Translations under genes and position numbers: made by a program
The notes under the pieces: model-generated
The model's input: only the letters and a program-made list of their open reading frames with translations
What the model was told of the DNA's origin: nothing
Database searches by the model: none
From: Camelus ferus
Lineage: Eukaryota
Length of the DNA stretch: 64,000 nt
Direction: 5' to 3'
Assembly: GCF_009834535.1 (NCBI RefSeq)
Contig: NC_045697.1
Span: 23,314,001-23,378,000 of the forward strand
Shown here: piece after piece, positions 1 to 12,950 of the stretch
Position numbering within the stretch: the first letter of the stretch is position 1
Layout of the letters: each line of letters opens with the position of its first letter

Positions 1-389
1 ACTCATTTTGTAGAGCTGAGATGACAGAGGTTCACAATGTCAAAGACGCATTATTCAGACATCAGTTTTCTAATAGATGTCTGAGTAGAAAATGTTTTAG
101 TTAATCTGATTGATTTTCAAGCTATTTTGAAATCATCAGTGGACCCTAGAAAGCCTTCTAAAGAGGATTTACTTTCAACAACCCCTCAGGTTAAAATGGT
201 TAACAGCTAGATTAAGTGCTGTACCTTCAGTGACCTGAAAGGCAAAGGGAAAGAGCACAAATGAATAATTTGTAGCAATGTTGTACTTTATTCCCATTAA
301 ATACAGACAGAAAAAAAAAAAATGAAGAGAAACTTGGTTACTAAATAGTAGAATTTTAGAACTGAAATGATCTTAGATAAAATTGGGAC

Positions 390-630
390 ACTTCCTATGT
401 GTCAAGCATTTTGCTAAATATTTCATAGTCACTATTTAATTGTAATGCTCACAATGCATGATAAGTAATAATATTTTCATTTGACTAATGTAGAAATGAG
501 AGGAGTATCCTAATTTTGCTTTCTTTTTCAACTAAGATAGCCGAAATTCAGAAAGAGATTTGACATCCTTAGCAGGGCTTAGCAGTCCAGTGAATTAGAA
601 CCTCTGACTCTGGTGATCTCTTACTCCTAG
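390..630 (-). mobile_element. MIR SINE, degraded fragments
   Basis: Weak resemblance to the MIR reverse strand (ctatgtgtcaagcatttt...catttgactaatgtagaaatgagagg). Confidence 0.35.
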
Positions 631-690
631 CTCAGAATGTAATTATCTCTATTAATACTGTATGTATGTGTATGACAACAGATGGGTACG

Positions 691-698
691 TAGATAGG

Positions 699-747
<49 letters not shown>
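691..747 (+). repeat. (GATA)n microsatellite
   Basis: Directly visible tagatagataga... run. Confidence 0.97.
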
Positions 748-2254
748 GGATGTAGGTAAAATAGGTGTAAAATTATGTATCTTGAAAATATGAGTAGGAA
801 ATTTGTAGAATTCTAATAATAATAAAGCTAAGTCTAATATATTGCATAAACATACTTTGAAGATATGCAATAGAAATATTAACATTTAATTTTTATGTCA
901 ATGAAATCAGATTTATATAAATTTTCAATTAAGAAAGTCCAACTATGTATTCTCTTATTGCTTTTTTAAGTACAAATATGGTCACATCCTATTACATAAT
1001 GAACATTTTAAAAGGCTTGTAATTAAGTAATGATTCTGTTTGACTTGGTTTTTGTTTTTCATGCACATTTGAATTTTACTTCAGTGAAATATTACAATAA
1101 ATGCACACTTGTTTAAAAAGACAGGAAAGTATCCTATATGTATTTTCCATAAAAAAAAGTCTGCAAGTACAAAGGGAAAAAACTATTTTTGAATAATATT
1201 TGTATCTTGCCTTAAAAATCCTTTCCACATAAATAAAGATGAAATTGAAACAAGATAATTTAACTTTTAATTTCTGGCCATTGTAGTAATTCATATTCAG
1301 CTTGAAAAAATATAGTATGAAGAGAAAAAATAATCTGCAATTATTCATTCCATGATAATTACTGACATTTTTATTTTGCCTGTAAAAGTACATATGATTG
1401 TACGTGTTTGTGTATAAATACATAGTATATTTACTTCTAGGACACTGGTTTCACATATCAATATATGATAAAAGTCTCATGTATGAATAATTTTTTTCAG
1501 AAAAGCACAGGTAATAATGACTTCATCTTATGAAATAAAATTATAACTAAGCTCAGCTGAAACTTGAGAAATTTTACTTATTGGTCTTATCCTACACATA
1601 AAAGACAAATGTAGAATGTTAATCTTTGCCATTATCTGTTTTTACTAATATTTTATGTGAAAGCATATTTTCCTGATTTCTTTGGTTTTGGAGCTTGTAA
1701 TATGAAAAGTTAGCAGTTTATAATATCAAATTAAAATATTAATTATAATGTTAAATGTGAAATATGCCTGGGAAAATGCATGATTTTTAATTTCTGCCTC
1801 ATACATTTTTCCATCTTCCAAATTCTTTGTGGTCAATACACAGTACTTTTATAATTAGAGAAACTAAACATAATATTTAAGAAAATGGTAAAACTTAGCA
1901 GTATCAAAAACATAGGATGAATTATTTGAATTAAGTTTTTTAGAGAATAAAAGTTATTTTAAAACAAAATGATTTAGATAGAGCATTTAGAAGTTGTTTA
2001 ATCCAAAAGGGCTTCATTAAATAGCTTTTTAAATAAAAGAAATTAACAAGCAAGATTTAAAGTAATTCTCCAGTTTCAGATTCAGTGTGACATAAATCAG
2101 CGGAGGTTGATCACATTCACAAGAGCCAATAAATTGTATATTAACACTGAGATGTACAAAAAAAATGAAATTTACATGAAGACCCTCTACAAAGTGTCTT
2201 ACAGAGTCAAAAAGAAACAAAGGATCTGTAATTCTGAATCTGCCATGCACTAGG

Positions 2255-2395
2255 CCAGGGATTCTCAAATTTTAATGTGCCGGTGACTCACTTAGGAAAT
2301 TTGTTAATAGGTAGATTCTCAAGAATTCTGCATTTCTAACAACATTCAAGTGATGTCTGTATTGCTGGTCTGTGGACCACTCTCTGAATTGCAGA
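2255..2395. mobile_element. MER5A-like hAT-Charlie DNA transposon relic
   Basis: cagggattctcaaattttaatgtgc...tctgcatttctaacaa...gctggtctgtggaccactct matches recalled MER5A ends. Confidence 0.75.
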
Positions 2396-2974
2396 ATTCT
2401 GGGTACTCTGTTAGTTCCTTCATGTGTATTGGCTATTAGCTTATGGTACTATGCCAAATTTGTAAATTATAAATTTGAGGAAGGAAGTAGGTAAGTAATT
2501 TATTAAAACTCTCAATGATTTGCTATTTTCCTATTGCTGCTAACACATTACCACAAATTCATTTGCTTAAGATAACATGAATTTATTATCTTTAAGTTCC
2601 ACAGGTCAGAAGTCTGATGTGGCCTAAAATCAAGGTGTTGGAAGGGATGAATTCCTTCTGGAAACTCCAGGGGAGAACCTGTTTCCTTGCCGTTTCCTAG
2701 AGGCCACCCTCATTTGCTGGCTTTGGCCTCATTCCTCCATCATGGAAGCCGGCAAAATGACTGAGTCCCTCCCATGATGCTATCTTCCAGCTCCTCTGTT
2801 TCAATTGTCACATCTCCATCTCCAAGTCTGGCTCCTTTCTGCCTCACTCTTCTACTTTTAATTCCAAGTGATCACTTTGGACCCAACTGGATAATCCAGG
2901 ATTATCTCCTTATTTTAAGGATGCTTAATTAGCAACCTTAATTTAACCAGCAACTTTAATTCCCCTTTGGCATG

Positions 2975-3992
2975 GGTTATGGATTAAATTTTGTTACCCC
3001 AAAGATATGTTGAAGTCCTAACCCCTGATATCTTTGAACGTGACTTTATTTGGAAGTGGGGTCTTTGCAGACGTAATTAAGTTGAGGTCATTAAGGTGTT
3101 CCCTAATCCAACATGACTGGTGTTCTTATATGAAGAAGGGAAATATGAAAAAAAAACATAGAAAGAACAACATGCAATAAAAAAAGACAGAAATTGGAGT
3201 GATGAAGCTGCAATCAAGAAATGCTAAGTATCACTGTCCACAGCCAGACCTAGGAAAAGACAATGAAGAATTCTACTCAAAGTCTCCAAGGTAACATGAT
3301 CATGCTGTGTGGGAGCCCATGATTGGGTTAACAAATTGTAATAGACCCCAGCCGCTTATCTCCTTAAAAAAGAGCAAATGTGCTTAGTAATCACCTTGCT
3401 TGCATAGTTGAGGTTTTAGCAATGACCCAGGCCCTCCCCTATAAATGCTGGGCATGCCTGCTGTTACATAGTCTTCTCTCCCCAAAATAGCCTTGGGCTG
3501 GAATGGTAAACAAGTTATAAAAAGCTGCAGACTCAGAGATGCGAAGGCTGGTTAGCCAATGATGGGTATGATCCCGTTTCTCATTCGTTCCACCCTGATA
3601 AGCTGAAAGGCTCAACACGATTATGATTCACCAAAAAGGGTCTTCTGACCTTGAGCCAAACACCAACAATAAACAAAGCCTTTGTACTCATTGTGATCCC
3701 ACTCTTACCTTCCCTGAATTCCTGCATTCCTCCTTTGGCTGTACACAATAAATATGTGAGCATTTGAGAGGCTCGAGGAGTTGGCTCCCGACTCCCTCTC
3801 ACTCTGTTGACTTTTTCCACAGAGTCTTGAGTAATTCATTCTGTCTCTGTGGGACTTCTGCCGGCCAGAACCCACAATGCTGATATTGTGATTTTGTCTG
3901 TTAGCCTCCAACACTATAAGTAAATAAATTTCTGTTGTTTTGAACCATCAAGTTTGTGTTATTTTGTTACCAGAGCCAAAAAAATTAATACA
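2975..3992 (+). mobile_element. MLT1B/C-like MaLR LTR, split by an ERV LTR at 3308-3876
   Basis: gatatgttgaagtcctaacccc...gtctttgcagacgtaattaagttgagg...aataaatttctgttgttt...aattaataca. Confidence 0.85.
3308..3876 (+). mobile_element. ERV2 (betaretrovirus-like) solo LTR
   Basis: Termini TGTGGG...CCCACA; perfect 6-bp TSD ATGCTG (3302-3307, 3877-3882); CCAAT and AATAAA motifs; retained CpGs. Strand tentative. Confidence 0.8.
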
Positions 3993-4413
3993 TATTCATA
4001 AATTTATGGGAATAGGACATGGACATCTTTGGAGAGTCATGAGTCCACTTACCACAGATAGAAAGTGATTTTGTAGTTGATTTAAAAGTGGTAGTGATTT
4101 GAATGATATTTTGAGCAAAATATGTTGCCCTTAAGCCATCATTGGTGGATCCCCAAAGGCACAGTAGTTCGTATTGAGAATATAGCCTTAAATTTCTATA
4201 GTTCAAACAGAAGTTGTCCTGAACAGGGTGCTAATATCTTACCAAAAAGGTTGCCCTCAACCTTGATTCACACGAAATTAATGATTACGGTCAGTTATTT
4301 AAGATACTGCAACTCTCTGGCATATTAGCTGGTGTGGTTTTTTTCACTCCTGATTATTGTTTCCACGAGGAAGAATCTCTAATGGTCCATTTTCCCATTA
4401 CTGCCAGGGACTG

Positions 4414-4785
4414 TGTCATGGGCTACAAGTTTATGTCCCTCCAAAATTCAGATGTTGAAGCTCTAGCCTCCAGTGCTATGGTAATAGGAGGTAGAGGTTT
4501 TGGGAGGTAAAGAGATTTAAATTAGGTATTGAGTGTAGAACTCTCATGATGGAATTAGTGCCCTTCTAAGAAGAAGAACAAGAGAGAGAGAGACGAAAGG
4601 CCATGTGAGCACGCAGGGAGAAGGTGGCTGTCTACAAGCCAGAGGTGAGCTCTCCCCAGACACAGAATCTACTAGCATCTTGATCTTTGACTCCCTAGCC
4701 TCCAAAATTATGAGAAACAAATTTCTGCTGTTTAAACCAGCCAGTCTATGGCATTTTATTATAGAAGTCCTAGGAGACTAAGACA
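4414..4785 (+). mobile_element. MLT1A-like MaLR LTR
   Basis: caaaattcagatgttgaagctcta...gccatgtgagcac...gaaggtggctgtctacaagcca...gactaagaca. Confidence 0.88.
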
Positions 4786-5059
4786 AGACCGGGAGAATCT
4801 ATTTCACATTTCTGGTTTCCTGTAGAGGTAGGATAGATTCTACAATATTCTCTTTACCAGTAGTAAAGGTAATACTTAATTTATGTTAAACTCACTCTGG
4901 TTTCTTACCCTTCAATTGGTTCAAAGCTCAGGGAAGTATAAGAAGCAGTGGTTACTGGACCACCTCAACCCCTATCTACATTTACTAAAGGTTTTGGTAC
5001 CTGATAGCCTTTCTTCATGATTTCATTTTTCTACCATTTCCCTGCCTGAATGCAATGCC

Positions 5060-5340
5060 CACATTATGCAAAATCAAAACAATTTCCCATTACAGCTCAA
5101 TTCCAGTGACTTATTTTTAACTTTAGGCAACCTTTCCTGTGGTCACATCTTGAATCTTGTTCTATGTCACTGCTAAGAGATCTTGTCATGAAGTTTCTAA
5201 AACATCACTATTAACAATAGATGAAAGGTAACATGTTACAACATGAAAATTCAACAACTCCTTTTCACCTAGAATGTCTATCTTCCCACCCACTTCATGT
5301 CCTCACTTTCACTTTACTTGCTTTTATGTTTCATGAACCC
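5060..5340 (+). mobile_element. L2 LINE fragment, highly degraded
   Basis: Pyrimidine-rich tract with ggtcacatcttgaatcttgt resembling L2 ORF2. Confidence 0.35.
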
Positions 5341-5349
5341 TTCTAATTA

Positions 5350-5452
5350 AGTCATTCTTAAACTCCAGTGTGCATACAACCCATCTGGGGAATTTGTTAC
5401 AAAAAATATGAATTCCACACCTTTCTTAGGGATTTACTGTCATGCGGTCTGT
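5350..5452. mobile_element. MER5-like hAT fragment
   Basis: ttcttaaactccagtgtgcatacaacccatctggggaatttgtta. Confidence 0.55.
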
Positions 5453-5484
5453 ATTGATAATTCAAAATGATATGAAACACCCAA

Positions 5485-6400
5485 AGAACAAATGGATATC
5501 TACATGCAAAAGAATGAAGTCATATTCTTTCCTTACAGCACAGAAAAATTAACTCAAAATGGATCATAAATCTAAATGTAAAAGTTAAATCTATAAGAAC
5601 TTTTAGAAAAAACATAGGAGAAAATCTTTGATGTTTTCTCTGATATGATATCAAAAGCAGAAATGATGAAATAAAAAAATATGTAAGTTGGATTTCATCA
5701 AAATTTAAAAAAAATTGTCTTAAAAGTGTTATCATGAAGAAAGTAAAAACAATCCACAGTATTTGGGGAAATATTGCAATTTGTATGTTTGATAAAGAAT
5801 TGTATCCATAATATATAAATAACACTTACAATTCAATAAAAAACATAAACCAAATAAAAAGTAAGCCAAGTTGCTCAGTAGATAGTTCCCCAAAGAAAAT
5901 ATGTTTGACATCATTAGCCATTAGGGAAATAAAATTCAAAACCACTATGAGATACTATTTTAAACAAGGAGGATGACTATAACAACAACACAACAAAAAA
6001 AATCAGTAATAAGAAGCGTTGGTGAGAATATGGTATAATTAGAATGCTTGTTGAATCCTTTCTGCTGTTGGGACTGTGAAATAGTATAGAGCCTTTGAAA
6101 AATAGTTTAGCAACTCCTCAAAATGTCAAACCGAGTTTCCGTGTGACCCAGAGTTTCTGCTTCTAGGGTATACCCAAGGGAAATGAAAATATGTCAAGCA
6201 AAAACTTGTACATAGTGTGAATAGAATTGCTGTTCACACTAGTTAAAAAGTGGAAACAACCTAAATGTCCACAACTGATGAATGGATAAGTGTGATATAT
6301 CCATACAATCAAATATTAGCAATAAAGATGAAGCACTGTTATATGGCACAGCATGGAAGAATGTGGATAACAACATTCTAAGTAAAAGAAACAACTATGT
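5485..6400 (+). mobile_element. Old L1 (L1M), end of ORF2 and start of 3'UTR
   Basis: aaaattaactcaaaatggatcataaatctaaatgtaaa; cattagccattagggaaat...aaaaccactatgagatac; aaacaacctaaatgtcc. Confidence 0.9.
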
Positions 6401-7159
6401 GAATTATATTTTCATAAAGTTCTTTAAAAATAAAATCATAATCACACTCTATAAGACAGATGCAGGTGTTTGTGGACAACACTGAGGAACATTGACCAAA
6501 TTCTTCGATTGTCTCCGTCTTCCCTTAGCCTTAGATACATTTCTCCTGGACTTGGAAGAGATGCACTATACTGTCACCACTCAGGTCACACAGGTCTTTG
6601 TCCTCTATCAGCAGAGTTTTTCCAGAAAAATCTCAATAGTGGACCAATCTTCCAATTCTCAGGCTTTGCTTCCATTTTTTGACTACATAGTATTGCTGGC
6701 AAACAAACAAACAAAAAACCCACTATAGGTTACTGATACTAAAAAAAAAAAAAAAAATCCTCAGACATTCATAAACCTAAAGCCACTTAAAGCTTTAAAC
6801 TTTTCCTTAAATATCCTTGTTTCATATTTTATTTAGTAATGATTGAAAAATTCTACTAGCTCCTCAAATTCAAATCTTTATCACTTTCAGCATAATGCCT
6901 CACCCCCTGCCTAATTTGATAATTGCAGTGATTAGGCACCCACTTCTCACCTCCACCTCTATCCCCTATCTACTGGCATAACTGAAAACAGTTATAACCT
7001 TTTTGTTCAGTCTCAGGGCATGGTCCTTCCCTTCTCTGGTTTTAATTTAACTCAATGCATTCTCTTACATATTCCCCTTTTTATATTAACCTCTCCAGAC
7101 CCATTCTCTTGGCATACGGTCAAATGAATTTTAAAATGCCCCTTTATCCTTATATTAGT

Positions 7160-8290
7160 GATGGTTATGTTTGATACCAGTCATTGACATATCAACTGCC
7201 AGTAGCTTAAACACAGAAGTATAGGTTTTCTCACATGATCAGGAGACTAGAAATAGTCATTCCAATCTTGTTTCATGAAACATGAAATATCATGTCTCAT
7301 TTATCTATCAGCTGTCCAGTTTTTAATATTTTTTAAAAATTCCATTATCTCTATTATGTTGGATTTTATTCTCAAGTTTGTTGCCTCATGGTTACAAGAT
7401 GGCTTGCATACAACTGGTTTGTCCCTTTTTGTGTCAAGGATAAAAAAACAAGAAAAAAGTAATGAAGCAGAAACATTTCCAGAACTCTGAGGAAGATGTC
7501 TACTTACATATCAAAAAATAATCAGAATATTATAAATAAATAAATAAAACCACCTTTAAAAAAAAATTCAGGGAAGGATAGAAATTTTAGCTGGGAACAT
7601 TACTGATACATTAGTTTACAATGCTGCATAACAGGTTACCATAACTGTAGTGACTTAAAACAATACCCATTTATTAGCTCATAGTTCTATGTGTCAGAAT
7701 TCTGAGTTCTCTATTTAGAGGATCACAAGGCCACCTTAATGTATCACCCAGGTTGGGCTCATATCTAGAGATTCTATGGAAGAATGGCTGCCAGGCTCAT
7801 TTAAGTTGTTGGCAGAATCCAGTTCCTTGCAATTGCAGGTCTGGGTCTCCAGTTCCTTTCTGGCTGTCCACTGGTAACATCTCTCAGTTCCATAGGGCAA
7901 CACACATTTCTTCTCATAAGTCTCCCTCTATCTTAAAACCAGCAATGGACCAGCAAGTCCTCCACACACTTGGAATTCCTGACTTATTTTACTTCTATCA
8001 GCTGGAGATTATTCTCCACTATTATATGGCTCATATGATTTCTTTAGGCCCATATGGATAATCTCTCTGTTTGAAGGGTGACTACTCCAAATAACATAAT
8101 TAATCAAGGGAGGGATGGCTCATCATATTTACAGGTTCCATCCACATTGACAGGAAAAGAAATTATGCAAGTTTGAGCGTGTGAGGTCATTCTTAAAATT
8201 TTTTATATCACAGCAGCTTTAAACAAAATCAGGGCTTTGTTAGAAGAAGGTGAAAATAGATACTAGATAAGGTACAAACAATATCCACTA
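7160..8290 (-). mobile_element. Old MLT1 (J/K-like) LTR interrupted by a younger MLT1
   Basis: agtagcttaaacacagaag...gttgcctcatggttacaagatggct; resumes aacaaaatcagggctttgttag after 8211. Confidence 0.55.
7607..8211 (-). mobile_element. MLT1E-like MaLR LTR
   Basis: gacttaaaacaatacccatttattagctcatagttct...gttgttggcagaatccagttccttgc...catcatatttacaggttcc. Confidence 0.8.
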
Positions 8291-8319
8291 TACTCTCTAG
8301 CTCTATACTTAAGTCACTC

Positions 8320-8580
8320 TTTCTCATTCAGTCAGTCTCTTGAAAACAACATGCACCCTTGCTCACTTGACATCCTCAGTAATCTTTACTATTATCTTCA
8401 TGAACTACTCCCATCACATCACTTAATGGAAGAAGTCACTATGGATCTCCAGATTAAAAATCCAGGGTGTGGTTTCTAAGCCTCTATTTTTTGATGATTT
8501 CTCAAAAATGTTGGCAGTAGTAACCTTTCTCTTTTGTGAAACTCTAATCCTAATAACTTACATGACATTTTTTACTTCTA
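8320..8580 (+). mobile_element. L2 LINE ORF2 fragment
   Basis: agtcactatggatctccagattaaaaatcc...ttgatgatttctca...gaaactct resembles the L2 RT region. Confidence 0.5.
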
Positions 8581-8929
8581 CAAACGTTTGTACATTTCTG
8601 CTACATAGTGTATAATCACGTGGTAACTGCAGGGTTATCACATCAGGAGAAGCTTAGAGTGGCTGATTTATGCATATCCTTCTGCACGTTTCCCTTGAGA
8701 TAGGCAGCAGAAATGGGATGGAAGAGGAGTTTTCTTCCAATCAGAACAGAAGATACGGCACTTTGGGTTAGAGCTTCAAAAATTGTTGAGCTACTGGCAA
8801 TGTCCATACATAGGCAGAAGTATCCCATTCAGTTACATGTCATGACTCTCCCCCATTTAAATAGCAATCAGTTAGTGGTTATGTGGATCCTGCACTACCT
8901 CAGACTGACTATGCAGATTCAATAGAAAC

Positions 8930-9750
8930 ATTAACCAGGGAAACTCAATTACAAAGTAAGCATATAACTAAGAATTACCAGATATTGGAAGAAAGCCATC
9001 ATCATAAAAGATTGAAAATAGAAAAGGGCTGGGATATAGAATTAACAGATAAATTGAAGAGGATGTTACAGCAAGTATAACTGATATCAACAGAGTGATT
9101 CAAAAGTATATTGGATACATTAAAATACAATAAAAATAAAAAATGATTATGGGGAAATAAGTCAATAGACAGGATGAATATATAATAGAGGCAGTTAAGG
9201 AACACATTAGTGAGCTTGAAGATAAAGCTAAGAAGTAGTCTAAAAGTATATCACAAAATCATATGGGTATGGAGTTTATGAAAAATAAGTTATACATCAG
9301 AAAATAATTCAGGAATTCAACTGCCTAATAGAAAAAGAGACAAGAAAGAAAGGTGTGAACTCAATACTCAAGATGCTATGAGAATGGTTCAGAAAAGGGA
9401 AAAACTAGACTCCTAGATACTTTCTTGATAGGTTTGTACATTTAGGAAAAGAGAAAATTCCATAAAACTTCAAAGGTGGAGAATTATAGTTAGTCTACAA
9501 AGAGACAATAGTAAAAGTTACATATACATGTTAGTATCTACCTATATATATTATTAACAACACTGGATGCAATATTAGAAGACAATACAACAGTAATCAT
9601 GAGGAAAAATAATTTAAAGTGTACATTTTAATAGGCAGCCAAAAATATATAATTATTGTATAAAAATTAAATAAAGATATATTCATATATATGAAAGCAC
9701 TGCCTGAAATAGTTTTGCAAGGTATACTCCAAACAATTAGAAAAGTTATG
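8930..9750 (+). mobile_element. Ancient L1/HAL1 ORF1 remnant
   Basis: A-rich; attagtgagcttgaagataaagct..., caacactggatgc...agaagacaat are typical of L1 ORF1. Confidence 0.55.
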
Positions 9751-10087
9751 CTAGAAAAATTATATTTTTCCCTGAATTATTTTTTTAGAATTCAAAGATG
9801 AAAATTATTTTCCTGTGTTGAACAGAAACATTAATAGTAAAACATTTTAATTTACCTTTTTATATATCCCTTTGAATAAAGCAGATACCTCTGACCATTT
9901 TTCTAAGTATATATATAACATATACCAGAATGGAATATATAAAATGTTTAAACAATGTTAAAAATTCAAAAGTTAAAATATTCAGAATTTTTAATATCTT
10001 ACTACTTTTACAGCATATGTTATTAAATATAGTGTTGTTTTCTACATATTTTCAGTATTAATTACCATTTTTTCTAAGCACACAGTA

Positions 10088-10154
<67 letters not shown>

Positions 10155-10168
10155 CACATACACACACA
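10088..10168 (+). repeat. (TA)n/(CA)n compound microsatellite
   Basis: Directly visible. Confidence 0.95.
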
Positions 10169-12534
10169 TTTTGCTGGTAATTTTAGAGGTAAAATAATTT
10201 CACCATTAAAAAAATTACACCTGAAAGATGTTAAGAGATTCCAGAGAAAATGCAAAACGTATGACTATCATTTGCTGAACAGGCCCTATGAGCTATGAAA
10301 ACAAAGATTAATCAAAGTAAAATCAATATTCAATTACCTGTGTGAGACTGTATGTGATAACTGGGATCCATCACCATCTACTCTGTGTAAAACTGGATCC
10401 TAAGTCGTATATACCCATGTGAAAAATTGTATCTGTTTCTTATTTTCTCTCACTGCCCTTCATATATCACAGCATTAATAAAGGACTGATCTTGTTTTTC
10501 AAGTGTGAATAACCTATGCAAACCAACAAGGAACGTGTTAGCTCAGCATCTGGAAATTCTAAAGGAAGAGAGTTTTTAGGCTCATCTAGTCAAACATCAC
10601 CAGGAAGCTTCCAATATGGCTTTAAAGGCAGATTCTCTTCGCAGATGTGCCAGGTTGATATTCTCCCAGTTTAACATTCCCAGTGGTAACAGGGGGACTT
10701 TCCTCTGTTAGAACTAATAGAACTCTTGATATGAATCTCTTGACTAGTTTGGGTCAAATGCCCAACCTCAGACCAAGAATCTTAGCCAAAACAACAGAGT
10801 GCCTTCACTAGACACATTTTAGTCCTCTGAGGATCCAAGTCAGCATCATATAAAGCATAGGGGCCGGGAAGCAAATAAGACAAAGCTGAAAACATAAACT
10901 CACTAGCAATAGCCTAACCTTTGTCTCTATATGACTTTCCTTTGAAGATGAACATATGGTGCTAAATTAATGCATACAAATTATTCTGAAAATATACATA
11001 CACTCTCTGCGAGGAAATCTTATTGCATTATCTGTAAGAGAAACAAATGGAAGGGCAACTATTTTATATGTATTTCAATTGAAGTATATCAAATTAAAGT
11101 GCTTATAAACTATGCTGAAAGTTATACATTATTAAATCTAAAACATTTGTAATAATTTCCCTTAATTTACATAGAAATCAGTCATCAGTGCTACAAAAAG
11201 CAGTAACCTGAAAATTTCCATTAATATTAGTTCACTGATGCATATTTGACTGTGCTTTGAAGAGTGACATTTAAACATAATAACCACATTTAGGTTTCTC
11301 GATATGTCTACCCACGTTGTAAGACATATACCTTGATGAAAATTTAATAGATTTTGTTTCACATGTCATGACTTATACTCTGCCTCTTTCAAAATATCTC
11401 AGTATTGTTAATATCAGTGGTAGTTTCCTAGTTTCTTCCCCGCTTCCACTATACTAGCCTTCAGGCAGATTATGAGGCTTTTCTATTTGATTATTTTCTC
11501 TCCTAAATGTCTTATTTTACTTCAAATATGTGAGAGGGAATGAGGTGGTATCTCAAAAATCAAAATCTAATAGAAAGACAGTATCACTTTTGTGATATTA
11601 GAGCTAGCTTAAGATGATTTTATAATTCCCTCACAAATAGCAGACACCATAATCCTACCTATGTGTTTGTCTTCAGCATATGCTGGGAGGTAAGAAATCA
11701 ATGAAAATCAATGAGAAATAATGAAAATTACTCATAGTCACTTCAAGTCTATCTTCTTCAGTTTCCTTGACAATTTTTGGGGGGGAGCTTTTTGCTTTCA
11801 CTCTTTACTATTATTAGAATTTGAGTGAAAGAGAACAAAGGCATCACATATAGAGAGATCAGAAAGAAGTGTAACCCACTTGTGTTCCCAAACTTTGACA
11901 ATTCTTAATTTAGTTGGGCTATAGACTCTTCTGTCATGTTGAAATACCCTACCTCATTGGATTTGTCTTATATCTCAAGCTCCTACTAACCTGGATTTGA
12001 GCAACTGATTTTTTTTTCCTTTAATCTATAACAGTAATCTTCAGTGTTCTCTAAGGATAATGCTAGGATTCTCTCATTTGGCTTTCCCTACTCTTGGCTG
12101 ATATGAGTAACCACCTCACTTTAGTGATGGGTCCACTGGCCTTTCTCATGGTCTTGGCAACCTACTTAGCTCTAGGACTGGGCATGCTCATATGATAGAT
12201 GCCAGGGACTTGACAGTAATGTTAAGGAACAACAATTGGGTTTAAATTTAGCAATTAAAAAATGTATAAACAGGCTGCAATCATCTTCAATACAATTCTT
12301 TAAAGCAGTTTGCACTTTAACCAAATGTCTAAAAAAAAAAAACTTGCAAAAGGTTGGCTCACGACCAAGATTTCACAATATTATATCATTTTTGTTACAA
12401 GTCAATCATGTTGAATAAATATTTTTTTAACATTTGCTCTTAATGAATGTGGTTGAATAAATTTAATGAGATAGATCGCAATCAGTAAACACTGAGGTGT
12501 TACTTTTACATCTTACTGATTTATCTTGGAGTGG

Positions 12535-12950
12535 ATACTGTGGTGTGCCACCCAGAACTCTAGTGGGTACATTTTCAGTCATCCTGCTGCTGAGAGTACC
12601 ACTTGTTGATGGCTCACTAATGAGTCCTCCTTCTAAGCAATGCCCTCAACTGAAGAGAGATAATTTACCAAGTATTATTCTCCTTCCTGAAAGTAGCCTA
12701 CATTTAACAGTCCGCATGGAATATAAAGGCTTGTCTCTCTTGACTTCATTTGAGACATTTTGGAAGGGTCATTCCAGCTTCAGGGATTCTTAAAGAGCTG
12801 GATAAAAGATTTTGTTATAACTGCATGACAGTTAAACTTCTACTTCTGCCAAATCCTGCTTCCCTCACTCATGGACAAAAGTTATTCCTAAAATATTCTC
12901 AATAATCCACCTGGAGGCAAATCTTGATCTCCCAACCTGTTCCACAGGGA
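12535..12950 (+). mobile_element. LTR16-like ERVL LTR
   Basis: tgtggtgtgccacccaga...tgccctcaactgaagagag...ggaagggtcattccagcttcag...tctgccaaatcctgcttccctcac. Confidence 0.75.

Larger units (their letters stand above)
2522..4056 (-). mobile_element. MLT1D-like MaLR LTR, split by nested insertions at ~2975-3992
   Basis: ttgctgctaacacattaccacaaa...aaaatcaaggtgttgg...ggataatccaggattatctcc; resumes at 3993 with tattcat...aggacatggacatctttgg...taccaca. Confidence 0.8.
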
